DNA of 63,938 nucleotides, counting the filler, from Octopus bimaculoides (lineage: Eukaryota), in the NCBI RefSeq assembly GCF_001194135.2. It is 8 parts of 7 records of this genome, joined end to end, with 100 filler letters (N's around TTAATTAATTAA, not from the genome) between each part and the next. Parts side by side here need not be neighbours in the genome. Positions count along the whole stretch, not along the records: positions 1 to 13,164 come from NC_069001.1; positions 13,265 to 22,887 come from NC_069004.1; 6 more parts are not named here. The stretch is one strand, 5' to 3'. The position numbers were made by a program, and so were the translations under genes. Positions 1-13,584 of the stretch are shown piece by piece. The notes under the pieces are model-generated. The model saw nothing but the letters and a program-made list of their open reading frames with translations. It had not been told where the DNA came from and did no database searches. Numbering within the stretch: position 1 is the first letter of the stretch; each line of letters begins with the position of its first letter.

Positions 1-32
1 TATATATATATATTATCTATATATATTATCTA

Positions 33-112
<80 letters not shown>

Positions 113-120
113 GTTATATA
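1..120. repeat. (TA)n and (GATA)n microsatellites
   Basis: Direct reading of the sequence. Confidence 0.95.
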
Positions 121-532
121 TATAATGTATTCTATAACGCATAATATGCTATATAATATATTGTATATGCACTAAATATAATATATAAAGAGAGAAATAG
201 AAAAGGAGAGAGACATATAATGAAAAACTATCTCCATTTCATTAATATTTCACTAACTGAATGGTTACCTGCTACTTCTCTGCAATATCAAATGTGATTG
301 GTAACTCTCTAGGTTTAGAGATACATTGTTAGCTGTCTGCTTGATAGTTTGATTGCTTAGTGTTGATTTTATCACTTTAAGTGGACATGGCTACCAACTG
401 TTTCTACATGTATGTATATATGTAACTTGTGGTAGACCGCTGTGAAACCATTCCTGTTTCAATATTTTGATTCAGAACCTAAAGTGTAAATACATTTATG
501 ATAAAGTACTTGTGTTCTCATTTTAGTATCTG

Positions 533-600
<68 letters not shown>

Positions 601-602
<2 letters not shown>

Positions 603-829
603 TCTTTTATTCTTTTACTTGTTTCAGTCATTTGACTGCGGTCATGCTGGAACACCAACTTGAAGAGTTTTAGTGGAACAAATCGACCCCAGGACTTATT
701 TCTTAAACATAGTACTTATTCTACCGGTTTCTTTTGTCGAACCACTTGGTTACGGGGACGTAAACACACCAATACCGGTTGTTAAGAGGTGATGGGACGA
801 CAAGCACAGACACAAAGACACACACAAAT
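601..829 (-). mobile_element. SINE family A, 3' half
   Basis: Reverse complement matches the 3' half of the copy at 62166-62545 (gacaaccg...gtttacgtccccgtaac...gctccagcatgaccgcagtcaaatgactgaaacaagtaaaaga); adjoins (CA)n at 537-600. Confidence 0.85.
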
Positions 830-1219
830 TACACACACATATTGAAACACGTGCAATGCCTTCATATAAAGACTTGCTTAATTTTCTAATTTCATCGTGT
901 ATTTCTACATTTTTATTCGTTTCATTGAAGGTTTTTAAAAAGAAATTCTTAATGGTCCTCGACATTCACATCGCTGTCATTGTTTCAATTCAGGTTCGCC
1001 AACCAGCCCCCCCTCTCTTTACGAAGCCCCAACTCAGTCTTTGCAATCTGTGTATTGATTTAGCTGTAAAAGGTAACAGCTCCAGTTTCTATTGATCCAA
1101 ATACTTAAAGCTATGGCCGTACAGAAGTGTGAGGGTGTCGTGGTTGGGACCTGACAACATACGCAGTTATACGTATACACCAACACACACAGAGAATCAC
1201 AAGCACACGCGTATGTATG

Positions 1220-1250
<31 letters not shown>

Positions 1251-1816
1251 CATATATACACACACAAGCATACATACATACATAGATGAAAAGAAAATGG
1301 AGAAGTACAATTGTCAATTCAAAAATTAAATTTTATTAACATAATATTATATTATATTCTTATAATAATATAATATGATAATAAATATTAAATGCAAATT
1401 ACNNNNNNNNNNNNNNNNNNNNNNNNNNNNNNNNNNNNNNNNNNNNNNNNNNNNNNNNNNNNNNNNNNNNNNNNNNNNNNNNNNNNNNNNNNNNNNNNNN
1501 NNNNNNNNNNNNNNNNNNNNNNNNNNNNNNNNNNNNNNNNNNNNNNNNNNNNNNNNNNNNNNNNNNNNNNNNNNNNNNNNNNNNNNNNNNNNNNNNNNNN
1601 NNNNNNNNNNNNNNNNNNNNNNNNNNNNNNNNNNNNNNNNNNNNNNNNNNNNNNNNNNNNNNNNNNNNNNNNNNNNNNNNNNNNNNNNNNNNNNNNNNNN
1701 NNNNNNNNNNNNNNNNNNNNNNNNNNNNNNNNNNNNNNNNNNNNNNNNNNNNNNNNNNNNNNNNNNNNNNNNNNNNNNNNNNNNNNNNNNNNNNNNNNNN
1801 NNNNNNNNNNNNNNAA

Positions 1817-2017
1817 ACACGGTCACGCGCAGGCGCCGTACACCCACTTACACATAGGCAGGATTTCGAAAATTGTTCAAAGGTATATTCCGAGGAAAAA
1901 CAAAAGCTACAGCACCAACAACAATATCAACAACCGCAACAACGGCATTTACAACAGCAACAACAAAAACAACGAACAACAAAGCACGAAAACAGGCCAA
2001 CACACCAATGTACTTGA
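1817..2017 (+). other. Candidate Gln-rich terminal coding exon (unverified)
   Basis: Frame open from the gap edge to TGA at 2015-2017: ...DFENCSKVYSEEKQKLQHQQQYQQPQQRHLQQQQQKQRTTKHENRPTHQCT*. Could equally be a degenerate (CAA)n repeat. Confidence 0.25.
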
Positions 2018-3852
2018 CGTGTGGAGAGCGGACTTCAAAGTGACATTTAGGTTTGCTGGTTTGTTTCATGTCTGCGTGTGTGCATGTGTTTATGTGCATG
2101 TATGTATATATATATATATATATATGTGTGTGTATGTATATATTATGTATCTAATTGAAACCAGTTTTAATATATATATATATATGTATATACATGTGTG
2201 TGTATGTATATATACGCACACATACATATACATACACACACACACATATATACCTGTATGTACATGCATATACACATACATATTTATATATATGCACATA
2301 TTCTCACACACACACACTCATACATGTATTGATTCATACACGTACATAGACTCCAAGATAAATATATAGAGAAAGAGAGGGAAAAATATATTCGTTGCAA
2401 ACATCTATGTAGGTATGTATCTATGCATGAGGGTGTACATGTGTTTGTATATATATGGGTGTGCATGTGTGTGTCTGTGTGTCTCCATACATAAAAGGCC
2501 GTTCACCGACTTGGACGACGAGTCATCCATTTGTTGAATCAATTGAACTGGCTACTCGTTAGATTAATGTTCAAGTGGCTGGGTTTTTCGCCACAAACAT
2601 TTGCATCCATAACATAATAGTCGAACAGAATCAGTTGACGTGTGGTTCACAGGTTCAGTCCCTAACACGAGCTGCTTCTAAACATTTTAACGAATTCTAT
2701 TTAAGATTGGTCATTGCATCTGTAAATATATATACATGCATATATATATATATATATATGTACATACATGGAAACAAGCATGTATGCATATGTATACAAC
2801 CTGGAAAAGTTGAGGTCTTCAGGAAAGGAAATCAACAAATTAACATGCACATTACAAATACAATTTGTAAGCGGAACGGTAAAAATATACAAGACTTTTC
2901 TCAAGTTTCAATTGTGAATTTGTTTTTGTCATCTACATTTTGTAGAGAATAAAAACAAACTATAGTCTATGGGATTTTGTATTTTTGTTAGAAAGCAGTT
3001 TGTTCCTAACAGAAAGACTTCAGATAATTAAAAGTGGATGTGAACACACGCGCGCGCGCATACTTTGCAGGCATACATACATGCAAACATACAAACATAT
3101 ATACATAAGTACATACATACATACCTGCATATAAACATATTTAGATACATACATATATATATATATATATACAAATATACATACAAACTTATTTACATAC
3201 ACACATACATACATACAACCAAATATGCATACACACACACATACATGCACACATACATACACACATATACATACTTACAAACAGACATACATCTATACAT
3301 ACTTACACAGATACATATACACACACACATACATATTTACAAACATACATACATTCAAACATACATACATACATACATACATACATACATACACACATAC
3401 ATATACACACATACATACATACACGCACATACATACATATGCATATATTGGTATGTATTAAGACATTACTATTTTCCTTTGGCTTTGATGTCCCAACTTG
3501 CCATGTTATTTCGGGATAATTTTCGCATGTCGTCAGTAAAGTCTATGCACGATGTGAGCTGTGTTACTCTGATGAATATGTCATGTGACTATGTGCAACA
3601 GTGTCCAGCGCTGATTGGGTCGAGTATTCATTGTAGCGGTTGGATAATATATTTGACTGACATTATTATTATTGTTATTATTATTGTCCTCCTTGTGGCA
3701 AATAAATGAAATCATCATCATCATCATTATTATTATTATTATTATTATTTCCAATTTTCAATAGCATGCAAATTTTTCATTTCGCAATCAATCTCTCTCC
3801 CCCTCTCTCTCTTACATTTTCTTATTCACTCTCTATCTATCTGTCTACATAC

Positions 3853-3886
<34 letters not shown>

Positions 3887-4061
3887 GTCTGTCTGTCTCC
3901 AAAGAGGGTTTCTGATTTTCATTATAACAATATCTTAGCTGATCGATTGCTGTTACTACTTCTTCAAGCCTTGACACATACATATATATACACACACACG
4001 CACACACACACATATGTGTATATGTATGTGTGTGCATGTGCGTGTGTATGTTTGTTGTCAA

Positions 4062-4660
4062 GCATGGCTGTTTGGTAAGAAGCTTACTACATGGTTCCTG
4101 GTTCAGTCCCACTGCGTGGCTCCTTGGGCAAGTGTCTTCTACTAAAGCTTCGGGCCGACCAAAGCCTTGTGAGTGGATTTGGTAGACGGAAACTGATAGA
4201 AGCCCGTTTTATATATATATATNNNNNNNNNNNNNNNNNNNNNNNNNNNNNNNNNNNNNNNNNNNNNNNNNNNNNNNNNNNNNNNNNNNNNNNNNNNNNN
4301 NNNNNNNNNNNNNNNNNNNNNNNNNNNNNNNNNNNNNNNNNNNNNNNNNNNNNNNNNNNNNNNNNNNNNNNNNNNNNNNNNNNNNNNNNNNNNNNNNNNN
4401 ATACATACAGACATATACATACATAAATACATGCATATATATATTTATGTGTGTGTGTGTGTGTTTGTCTTTGTTCCCACCACCATCACTTGACAACCGA
4501 TGTTGGTGTGTTTACGTCCCCCGTAACTTAGCGGTGCGGCAAAATAACCGATAGAATAAGTACTAGGTTCACAAGGAATAAGTCCCGGGGTTGATTTCTT
4601 CGGTTGAAGGCGGTGCTCCAGCATGGCCGCACTCAAAGGACTGTAACAAGTACAAGAGTA
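4062..4660 (+). mobile_element. SINE family A, near full length (tRNA-like head, CORE-like block, central microsatellite, 3' tail)
   Basis: Head gcatggctgtttggtaagaagc...ggttcagtccc (A/B-box-like); ccttgggcaagtgtctt resembles the CORE-SINE domain; (TA)n/(TG)n middle spans a gap; tail ends aacaagtacaagagtaaaaga. Confidence 0.85.
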
Positions 4661-5294
4661 AAAGAATACATCATAGTTAAGCTATTTGTGAAAGGTTCCG
4701 ACCAAATGTGATTATAATAAGCGACTTCCACCAGTGAGGAATGTGGGGCTGATACTTTTAGATTAGATAACAAGATACAGTTAATATTCTGAATGTGTTT
4801 GGGATTCTCTAGTCTTGATAACAATACCCGTTTGCTTATATTATCCATGACTGTCTATTTATTTATGTATACACACCCAGCCGTATCTAAACAAACAGCG
4901 TATATAATTAAAAAAAAAAAACAAAAAAAACAACCTTTTAACCAACGCCCCCTATAAAGCACAAACAACATTTTGGGGGAAGCTTTCTTGTAGGACATTG
5001 AGAGGTGTCAAGCCCCATAAGTAAGACTGAATGGAGCATTGTCTAGATTGGGGTACAAGAAGAAACCAACCTATCACGTTACGCCATATGTTACAGAAAA
5101 TTACTTGATCCACCCGTTAACCCGTCCCACCCGTCCCACCCGATCTATATGTCTGTTGATGGTGGTTGACTGAACTAACTGACTATTTACCGAAACAGCG
5201 TGCAGCTGTTGTTATTCCGGTTCCTCTTTTTCTTGTTTCCGTTGCTACTGGAGTCCTTGAAGAAACCTAAGCCCTTCGTACAAAGAGCACCTAA

Positions 5295-5790
5295 GACTAT
5301 ATCATCCAATGTGCTCTTCCTCGTTGTTGTTTAAACCCCGGTCAGTTCAGAACATAACAGACCTATGATCAAAGGCGTTCCAGCTCTGACCATGCCGCTA
5401 TTTATTCAGGTATCGTACACATATCACTGTATGATCCGATGTGTTCTTCCTAGTTTTTTGTTTAGATCCAGGTTAGTCCAAACCATAACAGATGTCTGAT
5501 CACAGGCGTTCCAGCCGTGACCATACCATCATTTCCTTAGACATAGTGCCCCTGGGACTACATTATCCAATGTGTTTTTCCTAAATTTTGTACAAATCCA
5601 GGTCAGTCCAAACCATAACGGACATCTAATCACAGGCGTTCCAGTCGTGACCATACCATCATTTCTTTAGACACCTTGGACTACATTATATAACACTTCC
5701 TTCCTTGCTGTTCAAACCCAGTTGAGCCCACATCATAGCAGTTCTATAATCAAAAGCGTTCCATTCATGGCTAACATGCCTTGTATTTGT
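5295..5790 (+). repeat. Degenerate tandem repeat, 4 units of about 120-130 bp
   Basis: Motif atca(a/c)aggcgttccag...gaccat recurs near 5370, 5500, 5630 and 5750. Confidence 0.8.
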
Positions 5791-6177
5791 TTAAGACCAC
5801 GTGGTTGAATGTGTCCTTTTTCAGATTGTAGAGTGTGAGGTGAGGGAGATTTAGCGGCTATTTCCAGTAGAACTAGTGACCAGGTAGAAGTTGTTGCAGT
5901 GGCTTCCCGTAGACTAAATGCGATGAATTTGTTTTTTATTTGCATTTTGAGTGTGGCTAATTAAGTAAAAAGTAGGGAGACAAACAGACAGATTAACGGT
6001 ATGGATTAATTATTTATCGCTCGACAAATAGGGTTTAAGGATGGCGCCTTGTTGCAAGGAAGTAAAAAGGGAGGGAGAGAAGGAGAGAGAGAGGAAGAGA
6101 GGGATGAAGAGAGAGGAAGAGAGGGAGGGAGAGGAAGAGAGGGAGGGAGAGAGAAAGTACGAAAGAGAAACAGGGAG

Positions 6178-6218
<41 letters not shown>

Positions 6219-6767
6219 GGAGAAACAGGCAGCTAGAGAGAGGGAGAAGGATGAGAGAACCAGAGACAGAAAAGAAGGAGTGCTAGAGAAAGAGAGAGGG
6301 AGATAGAAAGAGTGGTACAGAGAGGAGAGAGAGAGAGAGAGAGANNNNNNNNNNNNNNNNNNNNNNNNNNNNNNNNNNNNNNNNNNNNNNNNNNNNNNNN
6401 NNNNNNNNNNNNNNNNNNNNNNNNNNNNNNNNNNNNNNNNNNNNNNNNNNNNNNNNNNNNNNNNNNNNNNNNNNNNNNNNNNNNNNNNNNNNNNNNNNNN
6501 NNNNNNNNNNNNNNNNNNNNNNNNNNNNNNNNNNNNNNNNNNNNNNNNNNNNNNNNNNNNNNNNNNNNNNNNNNNNNNNNNNNNNNNNNNNNNNNNNNNN
6601 NNNNNNNNNNNNNNNNNNNNNNNNNNNNNNNNNNNNNNNNNNNNNNNNNNNNNNNNNNNNNNNNNNNNNNNNNNNNNNNNNNNNNNNNNNNNNNNNNNNN
6701 NNNNNNNNNNNNNNNNNNNNNNNNNNNNNNNNNNNNNNNNNNNNNNNNNNNNNNNNNNNNNNNNNNN

Positions 6768-6868
6768 GAAGCTTGCTTCCCAAGCACATGGTTCCGGGTT
6801 CAGTCCCACTGCATGGCACCTTGGACAGGTGTCTTCTGCTGTAACCTCGGGTCGGCCAAGAAAGACGG
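6768..6868 (+). mobile_element. SINE family A, 5' part
   Basis: gaagcttgcttcc...ggttccgggttcagtcccactgcatggcaccttggacaggtgtcttct. Confidence 0.8.
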
Positions 6869-6888
6869 AGGGAGAAATATCGCCAACG

Positions 6889-6935
<47 letters not shown>

Positions 6936-7364
6936 CATACATGTATGTATGTATGTATGCATGTATGTATGTATGTATACGTATGTATAAGGTCGAAATG
7001 CATAAGTTGGTCTCGTTGGCCGCTGCTGAGACGAATTTTCGCCCTTTTCTCCGATATTCGTTATGTTTTTAACACAACATGATCCTCAAAAGACGCTAAG
7101 GACAAAATCAGCCGTAATTGGCCGATCGACTGTGTATGCTCTAAGCATAAGGCATATAACACAGACAACTGCATATATATATATATATATGTATGTATGT
7201 ATGTATGTGTGTGTGTTTGTGTGTGTACCGGGAGTTTGTATATGTAAAAGCAAGGGAGTACGTGAGAGAAAAGGGGGCGGGACGGACGGAGAAAGTGACC
7301 GACGTGTGATGTGACACATTTTTCTTTAGTTAGAACGTTAACCATTAAAATAAGGCTGAGGACT

Positions 7365-7910
7365 TGGGTCGTGGTGGTGGTGGTGGTTGGTGGTGGTGGT
7401 GGTTATTTTGTTTTGTTTTTTGGTTATTTCTGAAATAAAAGACAAACAAAAACAGCAAGCGCTGGGTTGTGATTTGTGTAAATATTTGATCGGTTCGAGA
7501 TATATGGAGTTCGGTGTGATATATGGCTTTGGACAACTGATACTTGCCGGTCATCGCCACCACCATCACCACCTTCACGACGACGACCACCACTACCACC
7601 ACCACCGTCGTCATCGTTGCCATCATCATCATCATCATCATCACCACCATCATCGTCGTCGTCATCATCAATCATTATTTCCGTTGTCGTCGGTGTAGTC
7701 TTCCCCCTCCTTATCATCATCATCGTCATCGTCGTTCTCATCATCATCATCATCACCACCACCATCGTCGTCGTCGTCATCATCGTCATCATCGTCATCA
7801 TCATCATCATCATCCTCATCATCTTCCTCCTCCTCCTTATCATCATCATCATCATCATCATCATATCATCGATGTCGTCAGTCGTCCTTCTCCTCCTCTT
7901 CCTCCTCCTC
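7365..7910. repeat. Compound trinucleotide microsatellite (GGT, CAC, CAT, CGT, CCT)
   Basis: Direct reading; the source of the spurious His/Met/Asp-rich ORFs in the track. Confidence 0.9.
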
Positions 7911-8358
7911 CTATTCTAAAAAGACTTGTTAAAGAACTAGGAACGATCGATCTTTGAAGGAATTTTGGAATATATTTTAAGGATACTTGTGAAAGAAAAG
8001 AGACTTTTGCTCTCTGCGAGATTTTAGTGAAATTTGGGTATCTTGGGAAGAAATGAAAAGTGGTCGTTCATCATTGAAAGGACTTTCAAAATATTGTTTA
8101 AAAGGGCTTGAAAAGACTTTGGAATAAGGTTTAAAGGGACTTGTGAAAGAAAAAGAGCTGTTTGCTCCCATAAAGATTTGTTAAATAGTATAAAAGGACA
8201 TGCAAAAATGGAGAAGACTGATCCTTGAAAGTACTTTGGAATATAGATTGAAGGGGAGAAGAGAAAAACAAGGTTTTGGGTCTGCTTAGGGGTTTAGCAG
8301 TCGGAAAAATATGACGGGAATTAGTTGAATGAACAGAGAGAAACAGGAAGAGAGATGC

Positions 8359-8359
<1 letters not shown>

Positions 8360-8416
<57 letters not shown>

Positions 8417-8574
8417 TACAGATAGATAGATAGACAAACAGATAGATAGATGAATAGATAGATAGATAGATGGATGGATGGATGGATAGATAGACAGACA
8501 GATAGATAGATAGATGGATGGAGAGATGGAGATAGATAGATAGAAAGATAGCTAGATGGATGGATGGGTAGATG

Positions 8575-8650
<76 letters not shown>
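8360..8650. repeat. (GATA)n/(GATG)n microsatellite
   Basis: Direct reading. Confidence 0.95.
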
Positions 8651-8651
<1 letters not shown>

Positions 8652-8835
8652 AGAATGAGTGACAAAGTGCGTGGGCGGAGCTGAGAGGGAATGTAGGTTA
8701 GAGTGTTTGTCAATATCCTGTAAAGGCTAACATTTGTCTCATTACATTGAGACCAAGCTAACTCCCGATGATTTAGGTGTTACCATAGAAACACATTTCG
8801 AATGTTTACCGTGTCAATAGAATTTAATTGCTTAC

Positions 8836-8924
8836 GTAGTAATCACCATTCTCGGTTGAATAGCACAGAGATGACGACCGGACCGTCAGCTCCCTGACTT
8901 TCCTGATCCGGTTTCGATTCCAGA
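8836..8924 (-). other. Candidate internal exon (unverified)
   Basis: Minus strand tttcAG|tctgg...tactac|GTAAGC, 89 nt, one open frame: WNRNRIRKVRELTVRSSSLCYSTENGDYY; lies in non-repetitive sequence. Confidence 0.25.
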
Positions 8925-9068
8925 CTGAAATTGTTTCGCCAAAACACACGTATAAACATCAAGAGAAGGATTGCTACACGTGCTAAAAATAGTGCGTATG
9001 AGTGGAGGTCGGTGCAGGCATCCATACATACATACATCCATACATACACATATACATGCTTATAAATT

Positions 9069-9136
<68 letters not shown>

Positions 9137-9316
9137 CAAATATACATATATATATCTTATATAATATATATGTATATTTGTATATGTATATGTATTTATA
9201 TGCATATATATGTATATATATATATATGTACATTTGTATATATATTTATATATATATAGATATATATACTTATATATACTTATGCACGCATATTTACAGA
9301 AGTAAATGTATGTTTA

Positions 9317-9347
<31 letters not shown>

Positions 9348-9440
9348 CTGTTTTTGTATGCTTAATACAAAATTATCCAACATTCTGACTGCTTCCTTTT
9401 TCTTAATATACAATATCTCTACATCATTTCATACTCTCTA

Positions 9441-9512
<72 letters not shown>

Positions 9513-10741
9513 NNNNNNNNNNNNNNNNNNNNNNNNNNNNNNNNNNNNNNNNNNNNNNNNNNNNNNNNNNNNNNNNNNNNNNNNNNNNNNNNNNNNNNNN
9601 NNNNNNNNNNNNNNNNNNNNNNNNNNNNNNNNNNNNNNNNNNNNNNNNNNNNNNNNNNNNNNNNNNNNNNNNNNNNNNNNNNNNNNNNNNNNNNNNNNNN
9701 NNNNNNNNNNNNNNNNNNNNNNNNNNNNNNNNNNNNNNNNNNNNNNNNNNNNNNNNNNNNNNNNNNNNNNNNNNNNNNNNNNNNNNNNNNNNNNNNNNNN
9801 NNNNNNNNNNNNNNNNNNNNNNNNNNNNNNNNNNNNNNNNNNNNNNNNNNNNNNNNNNNNNNNNNNNNNNNNNNNNNNNNNNNNNNNNNNNNNNNNNNNN
9901 NNNNNNNNNNNNNNNNNNNNNNNNNNNNNNNNNNNNNNNNNNNNNNNNNNNNNNNNNNNNNNNNNNNNNNNNNNNNNNNNNNNNNNNNNNNNNNNNNNNN
10001 NNNNNNNNNNNNNNNNNNNNNNNNNNNNNNNNNNNNNNNNNNNNNNNNNNNNNNNNNNNNNNNNNNNNNNNNNNNNNNNNNNNNNNNNNNNNNNNNNNNN
10101 NNNNNNNNNNNNNNNNNNNNNNNNNNNNNNNNNNNNNNNNNNNNNNNNNNNNNNNNNNNNNNNNNNNNNNNNNNNNNNNNNNNNNNNNNNNNNNNNNNNN
10201 NNNNNNNNNNNNNNNNNNNNNNNNNNNNNNNNNNNNNNNNNNNNNNNNNNNNNNNNNNNNNNNNNNNNNNNNNNNNNNNNNNNNNNNNNNNNNNNNNNNN
10301 NNNNNNNNNNNNNNNNNNNNNNNNNNNNNNNNNNNNNNNNNNNNNNNNNNNNNNNNNNNNNNNNNNNNNNNNNNNNNNNNNNNNNNNNNNNNNNNNNNNN
10401 NNNNNNNNNNNNNNNNNNNNNNNNNNNNNNNNNNNNNNNNNNNNNNNNNNNNNNNNNNNNNNNNNNNNNNNNNNNNNNNNNNNNNNNGTCAAATACAAAA
10501 ATTGTATTTCACAAGTTCTAGAGAGGAACGAAAGTGCTAATAATAAGAATGAAGAAATAAAAGAAATTTTTTTCCAAAATTCTGACGACCTTTTTCTCAA
10601 TATCCAGTTCTGTACATCACACCTAACACTCTATGCATATATGTTTTTTCGTCTATTGGTCTCAACCAGAGGCTGTGGCCATGCTGGGACATCACCTTTC
10701 CGTGTGGTTGGTTTTATTTTCTGTACTGTTTCTGGTGAAGT

Positions 10742-10772
<31 letters not shown>

Positions 10773-10934
10773 CTGACAGACAGACAGAGCTATATGCTTA
10801 TAGATATGCGTGCGTTCGCGGGCGCATGTAACCTTTAGTGGTTTCGGCCTTCGACTGGGGACATACTGGAATACTGCTTTTCAATGTGGTTGGGTTTCAT
10901 TTCTGTACTGTTTTTGGTGAAGTGGTCAGTTGGA

Positions 10935-11177
10935 CGGAACTGCTCTTCTTTATTTCACGTTGCTCCAGTCCAATCAGCTGGCAAACATGAGTAGTACCTG
11001 TAATTCAAAAGGGTCAGCCTTGTCACACTCTGTGCCACGCTGAATCCCCCTGAGGACTGCGTTAAGGCTAAGCGTGTCTGTGGAGTGCTCAGCCACATGC
11101 ACGTTAATTTTACGTGCAGGCTGTTCCGTTGATGGGATCAACTGGAACAACCATCGTCGTAACTGACCGAGTGCCAG
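10935..11177 (+). mobile_element. SINE family C, body and 3' tail
   Basis: gtgtctgtggagtgctcagccacatgcacgttaatt...ctgttccgttgat.ggatcaactggaac...cgtcgtaac shared with 34628-35010 and 54311-54612. Confidence 0.85.
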
Positions 11178-11785
11178 GTTAAGAACCGAGATCGAATCCT
11201 ACCAGCGTCGACCCATATTTTCTTTTTATTCTTCCGGGGTCCATTGAATAAGTACAGTTCGTGTACATTTGTGGAAAATATACCAACCGTGCTACAATCA
11301 ACCCACCTACACACAAATACAGAAAAAGTGTTGTTGTTGCTGTTGTTGCTTTTGTCGTTGTTGTTGTTGTTGCTGTACCAAATGTCGGAAATATTTTTCA
11401 GAATGGTTGGATGCATTAAATTATAACTTCCAACAAAGTATATTCGCATCAAATGAATAAAACATTGAGAGGAAATACGGACAAATTCGAAAGGGAAGTG
11501 TTCGACATAATCGGATCTAATCGGATTCAGGGATTAACTGATTGAGTGCACGCGTGCAAGCACACGAACACACACACACACACACACACGCTCGCACTCA
11601 CGTACGCACACACAAACACGCACATACACGCGCGCTCACACGCACGCATACAGCGTATATGCATAAAGCGTAACCTTCACACACATGTGTGTTTCTGTGT
11701 ATGCATGTATAAACACATACAGACATTGGCTCATACACACACACACACACACACACAAACTCATACATACATACACGCGGGGTGG

Positions 11786-12130
11786 GTCAAAAGTCACGCA
11801 CCAAAACATTTTGTTTACGTTGTTATTATCATTTATTGAAATGTGCAATATGTATCAAATGAATTTTAATACTGATGCATGATTTTTGGCCTACAGTGCT
11901 TTTATCTGTGTTTGTGTGTGTATGTATGTATAAGTTTGTTTGTGTACATATATAGCTATGAACACATCCATGCTTATGCTTATATGGATGTACATTAGTA
12001 TACCCGTGTGGTAGAAAATGACGGCATCAAAAAATGAACCACTGTAAGCGATCTTTGATAAATGCATCGACATACCATATTTTTGTAAGCATTTCATAAT
12101 GTATACTAAGAATAATTATATTTTTATCCA
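11786..12130. mobile_element. Tc1/mariner-type relic (one TIR plus internal fragment)
   Basis: End gggtgggtcaaaagtcacgcaccaaaac matches the TIRs of the MITE at 57282-57753. Confidence 0.55.
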
Positions 12131-12228
12131 AAACATTCTGAAGGTTTGGATTCAGAGAGAAACCTTTTTAATTATTAATTAATTTAAATATTCTACTAAA
12201 TCACTGGTGAGCCTACACTGTCAAAATA

Positions 12229-12360
12229 GCGGTTCGGCAAACGCGACCGATAGAATAAGTACTAGGCTTACAAAGAATAAGTCCCGGGGTCGATTTGCTC
12301 GATTAAAGGCGGTGCTCCAGCATGGCCGCAGTCAAAATGACTAAAATAAGTAAAAGAGTA
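12229..12360 (+). mobile_element. SINE family A, 3' tail
   Basis: tagcggttcggcaaa...gatagaataagtactaggcttacaaagaataagtcc...ggcggtgctccagcatggccgcagtcaaa. Confidence 0.9.
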
Positions 12361-12402
12361 TACGATTAGACAACAAAGTTTATTATAGCATATACATGTA
12401 TG

Positions 12403-12438
<36 letters not shown>

Positions 12439-12442
12439 ATAT

Positions 12443-12625
12443 TTCGGCGCAAAACGAATCAGTTGCAGCGCACATTTCAGCACGACGGGTTGGGGCTCTC
12501 CATCAAGGTAACGCGTGCTGAGGCAAAGACGACCTCGTCGGAATTTGAACTCAGAACGTAACGGCAGACGAAATACCGCTAAGCATTTCGCCCGGCGTGC
12601 TAACGTTTCTGCCAAGCTCGCCGCC
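12443..12625 (-). mobile_element. SINE family B, 5' part
   Basis: Reverse complement gagcttggcagaaacgttagcacgccgggcgaaatgcttagcggtatttcgtctgccgttacgttctgagttcaaattccgacgagg matches 38823-39035. Confidence 0.85.
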
Positions 12626-12894
12626 ATAATAAGGCCTGGAATATTGCCAACATTATCAAACAGATTATACAACAGCGTTATAATCATGTATTATTAAACC
12701 ATATTCAAATTGTTTGACAGACAATATCAAACATTATAAACAATAACAAAATTCGGGTGTACGAAGCAGTACGGAATATTAAATTTACATTTTGACACAA
12801 GGCCAGAGCAGTATGGAATATTAAGAAACCATATAATGATGTATGAAATAGTATGAAAATATATTAAACATTATGTCATAATGTACTTTTTTTT

Positions 12895-13133
12895 ATAATT
12901 TGCTTGTTTCAGTCATTAGACGGCGGCCATGCTGGGGCACCGCGTTGAAGGGTTTTAGCCGAACAAATCAACCCCAGTTGTAGTGTTATCTTTGTTTCTT
13001 TTTTGAAGTTTGTTATTTACATTATCAAAGTATTTTGCCGAACCGCTAAGTTAAGGTGATGTAAGCAAACCGACACCGGTTACCAGCTGGTGCTGGTGGT
13101 GTGGGTGACTAATACAGACACAAAGACACACAG

Positions 13134-13135
<2 letters not shown>
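12895..13135 (-). mobile_element. SINE family A, 3' half
   Basis: ttgtttcagtcattagacggcggccatgctggggcaccgc...ccgaaccgctaagtta...acagacacaaagacac. Confidence 0.8.
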
Positions 13136-13164
<29 letters not shown>

Positions 13165-13584
13165 NNNNNNNNNNNNNNNNNNNNNNNNNNNNNNNNNNNN
13201 NNNNNNNNTTAATTAATTAANNNNNNNNNNNNNNNNNNNNNNNNNNNNNNNNNNNNNNNNNNNNATATATATATATATATATATATATATAATACAAATG
13301 ATATATAAGCATATGCATGTCTACATACATATATGAGTGGAGAATGGAGAAACAAACACAAGAAGAAGCAAGTCGATTGGGCTAGTTAGCCATTGATTTA
13401 ATTATGTGGAGGCGGTTTAACCGATAAATTACCTGCCTCTGGATACTTTCTAACAAAGACGGTACCCACACAGGTAATCTCCAGGATTGCCTTCGAATTT
13501 AACTATCCCCTGGTTGCTTAGATACTTCAGACTACCCCTGAAATATTGAAGCAATCCTATCACATACTTATTTACATACATATA

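Noticed and set aside
7920-8260. CRISPR-like spaced repeats
   Set aside because: Degenerate purine-rich satellite with irregular period, no unique spacers and no cas genes, in eukaryotic context.
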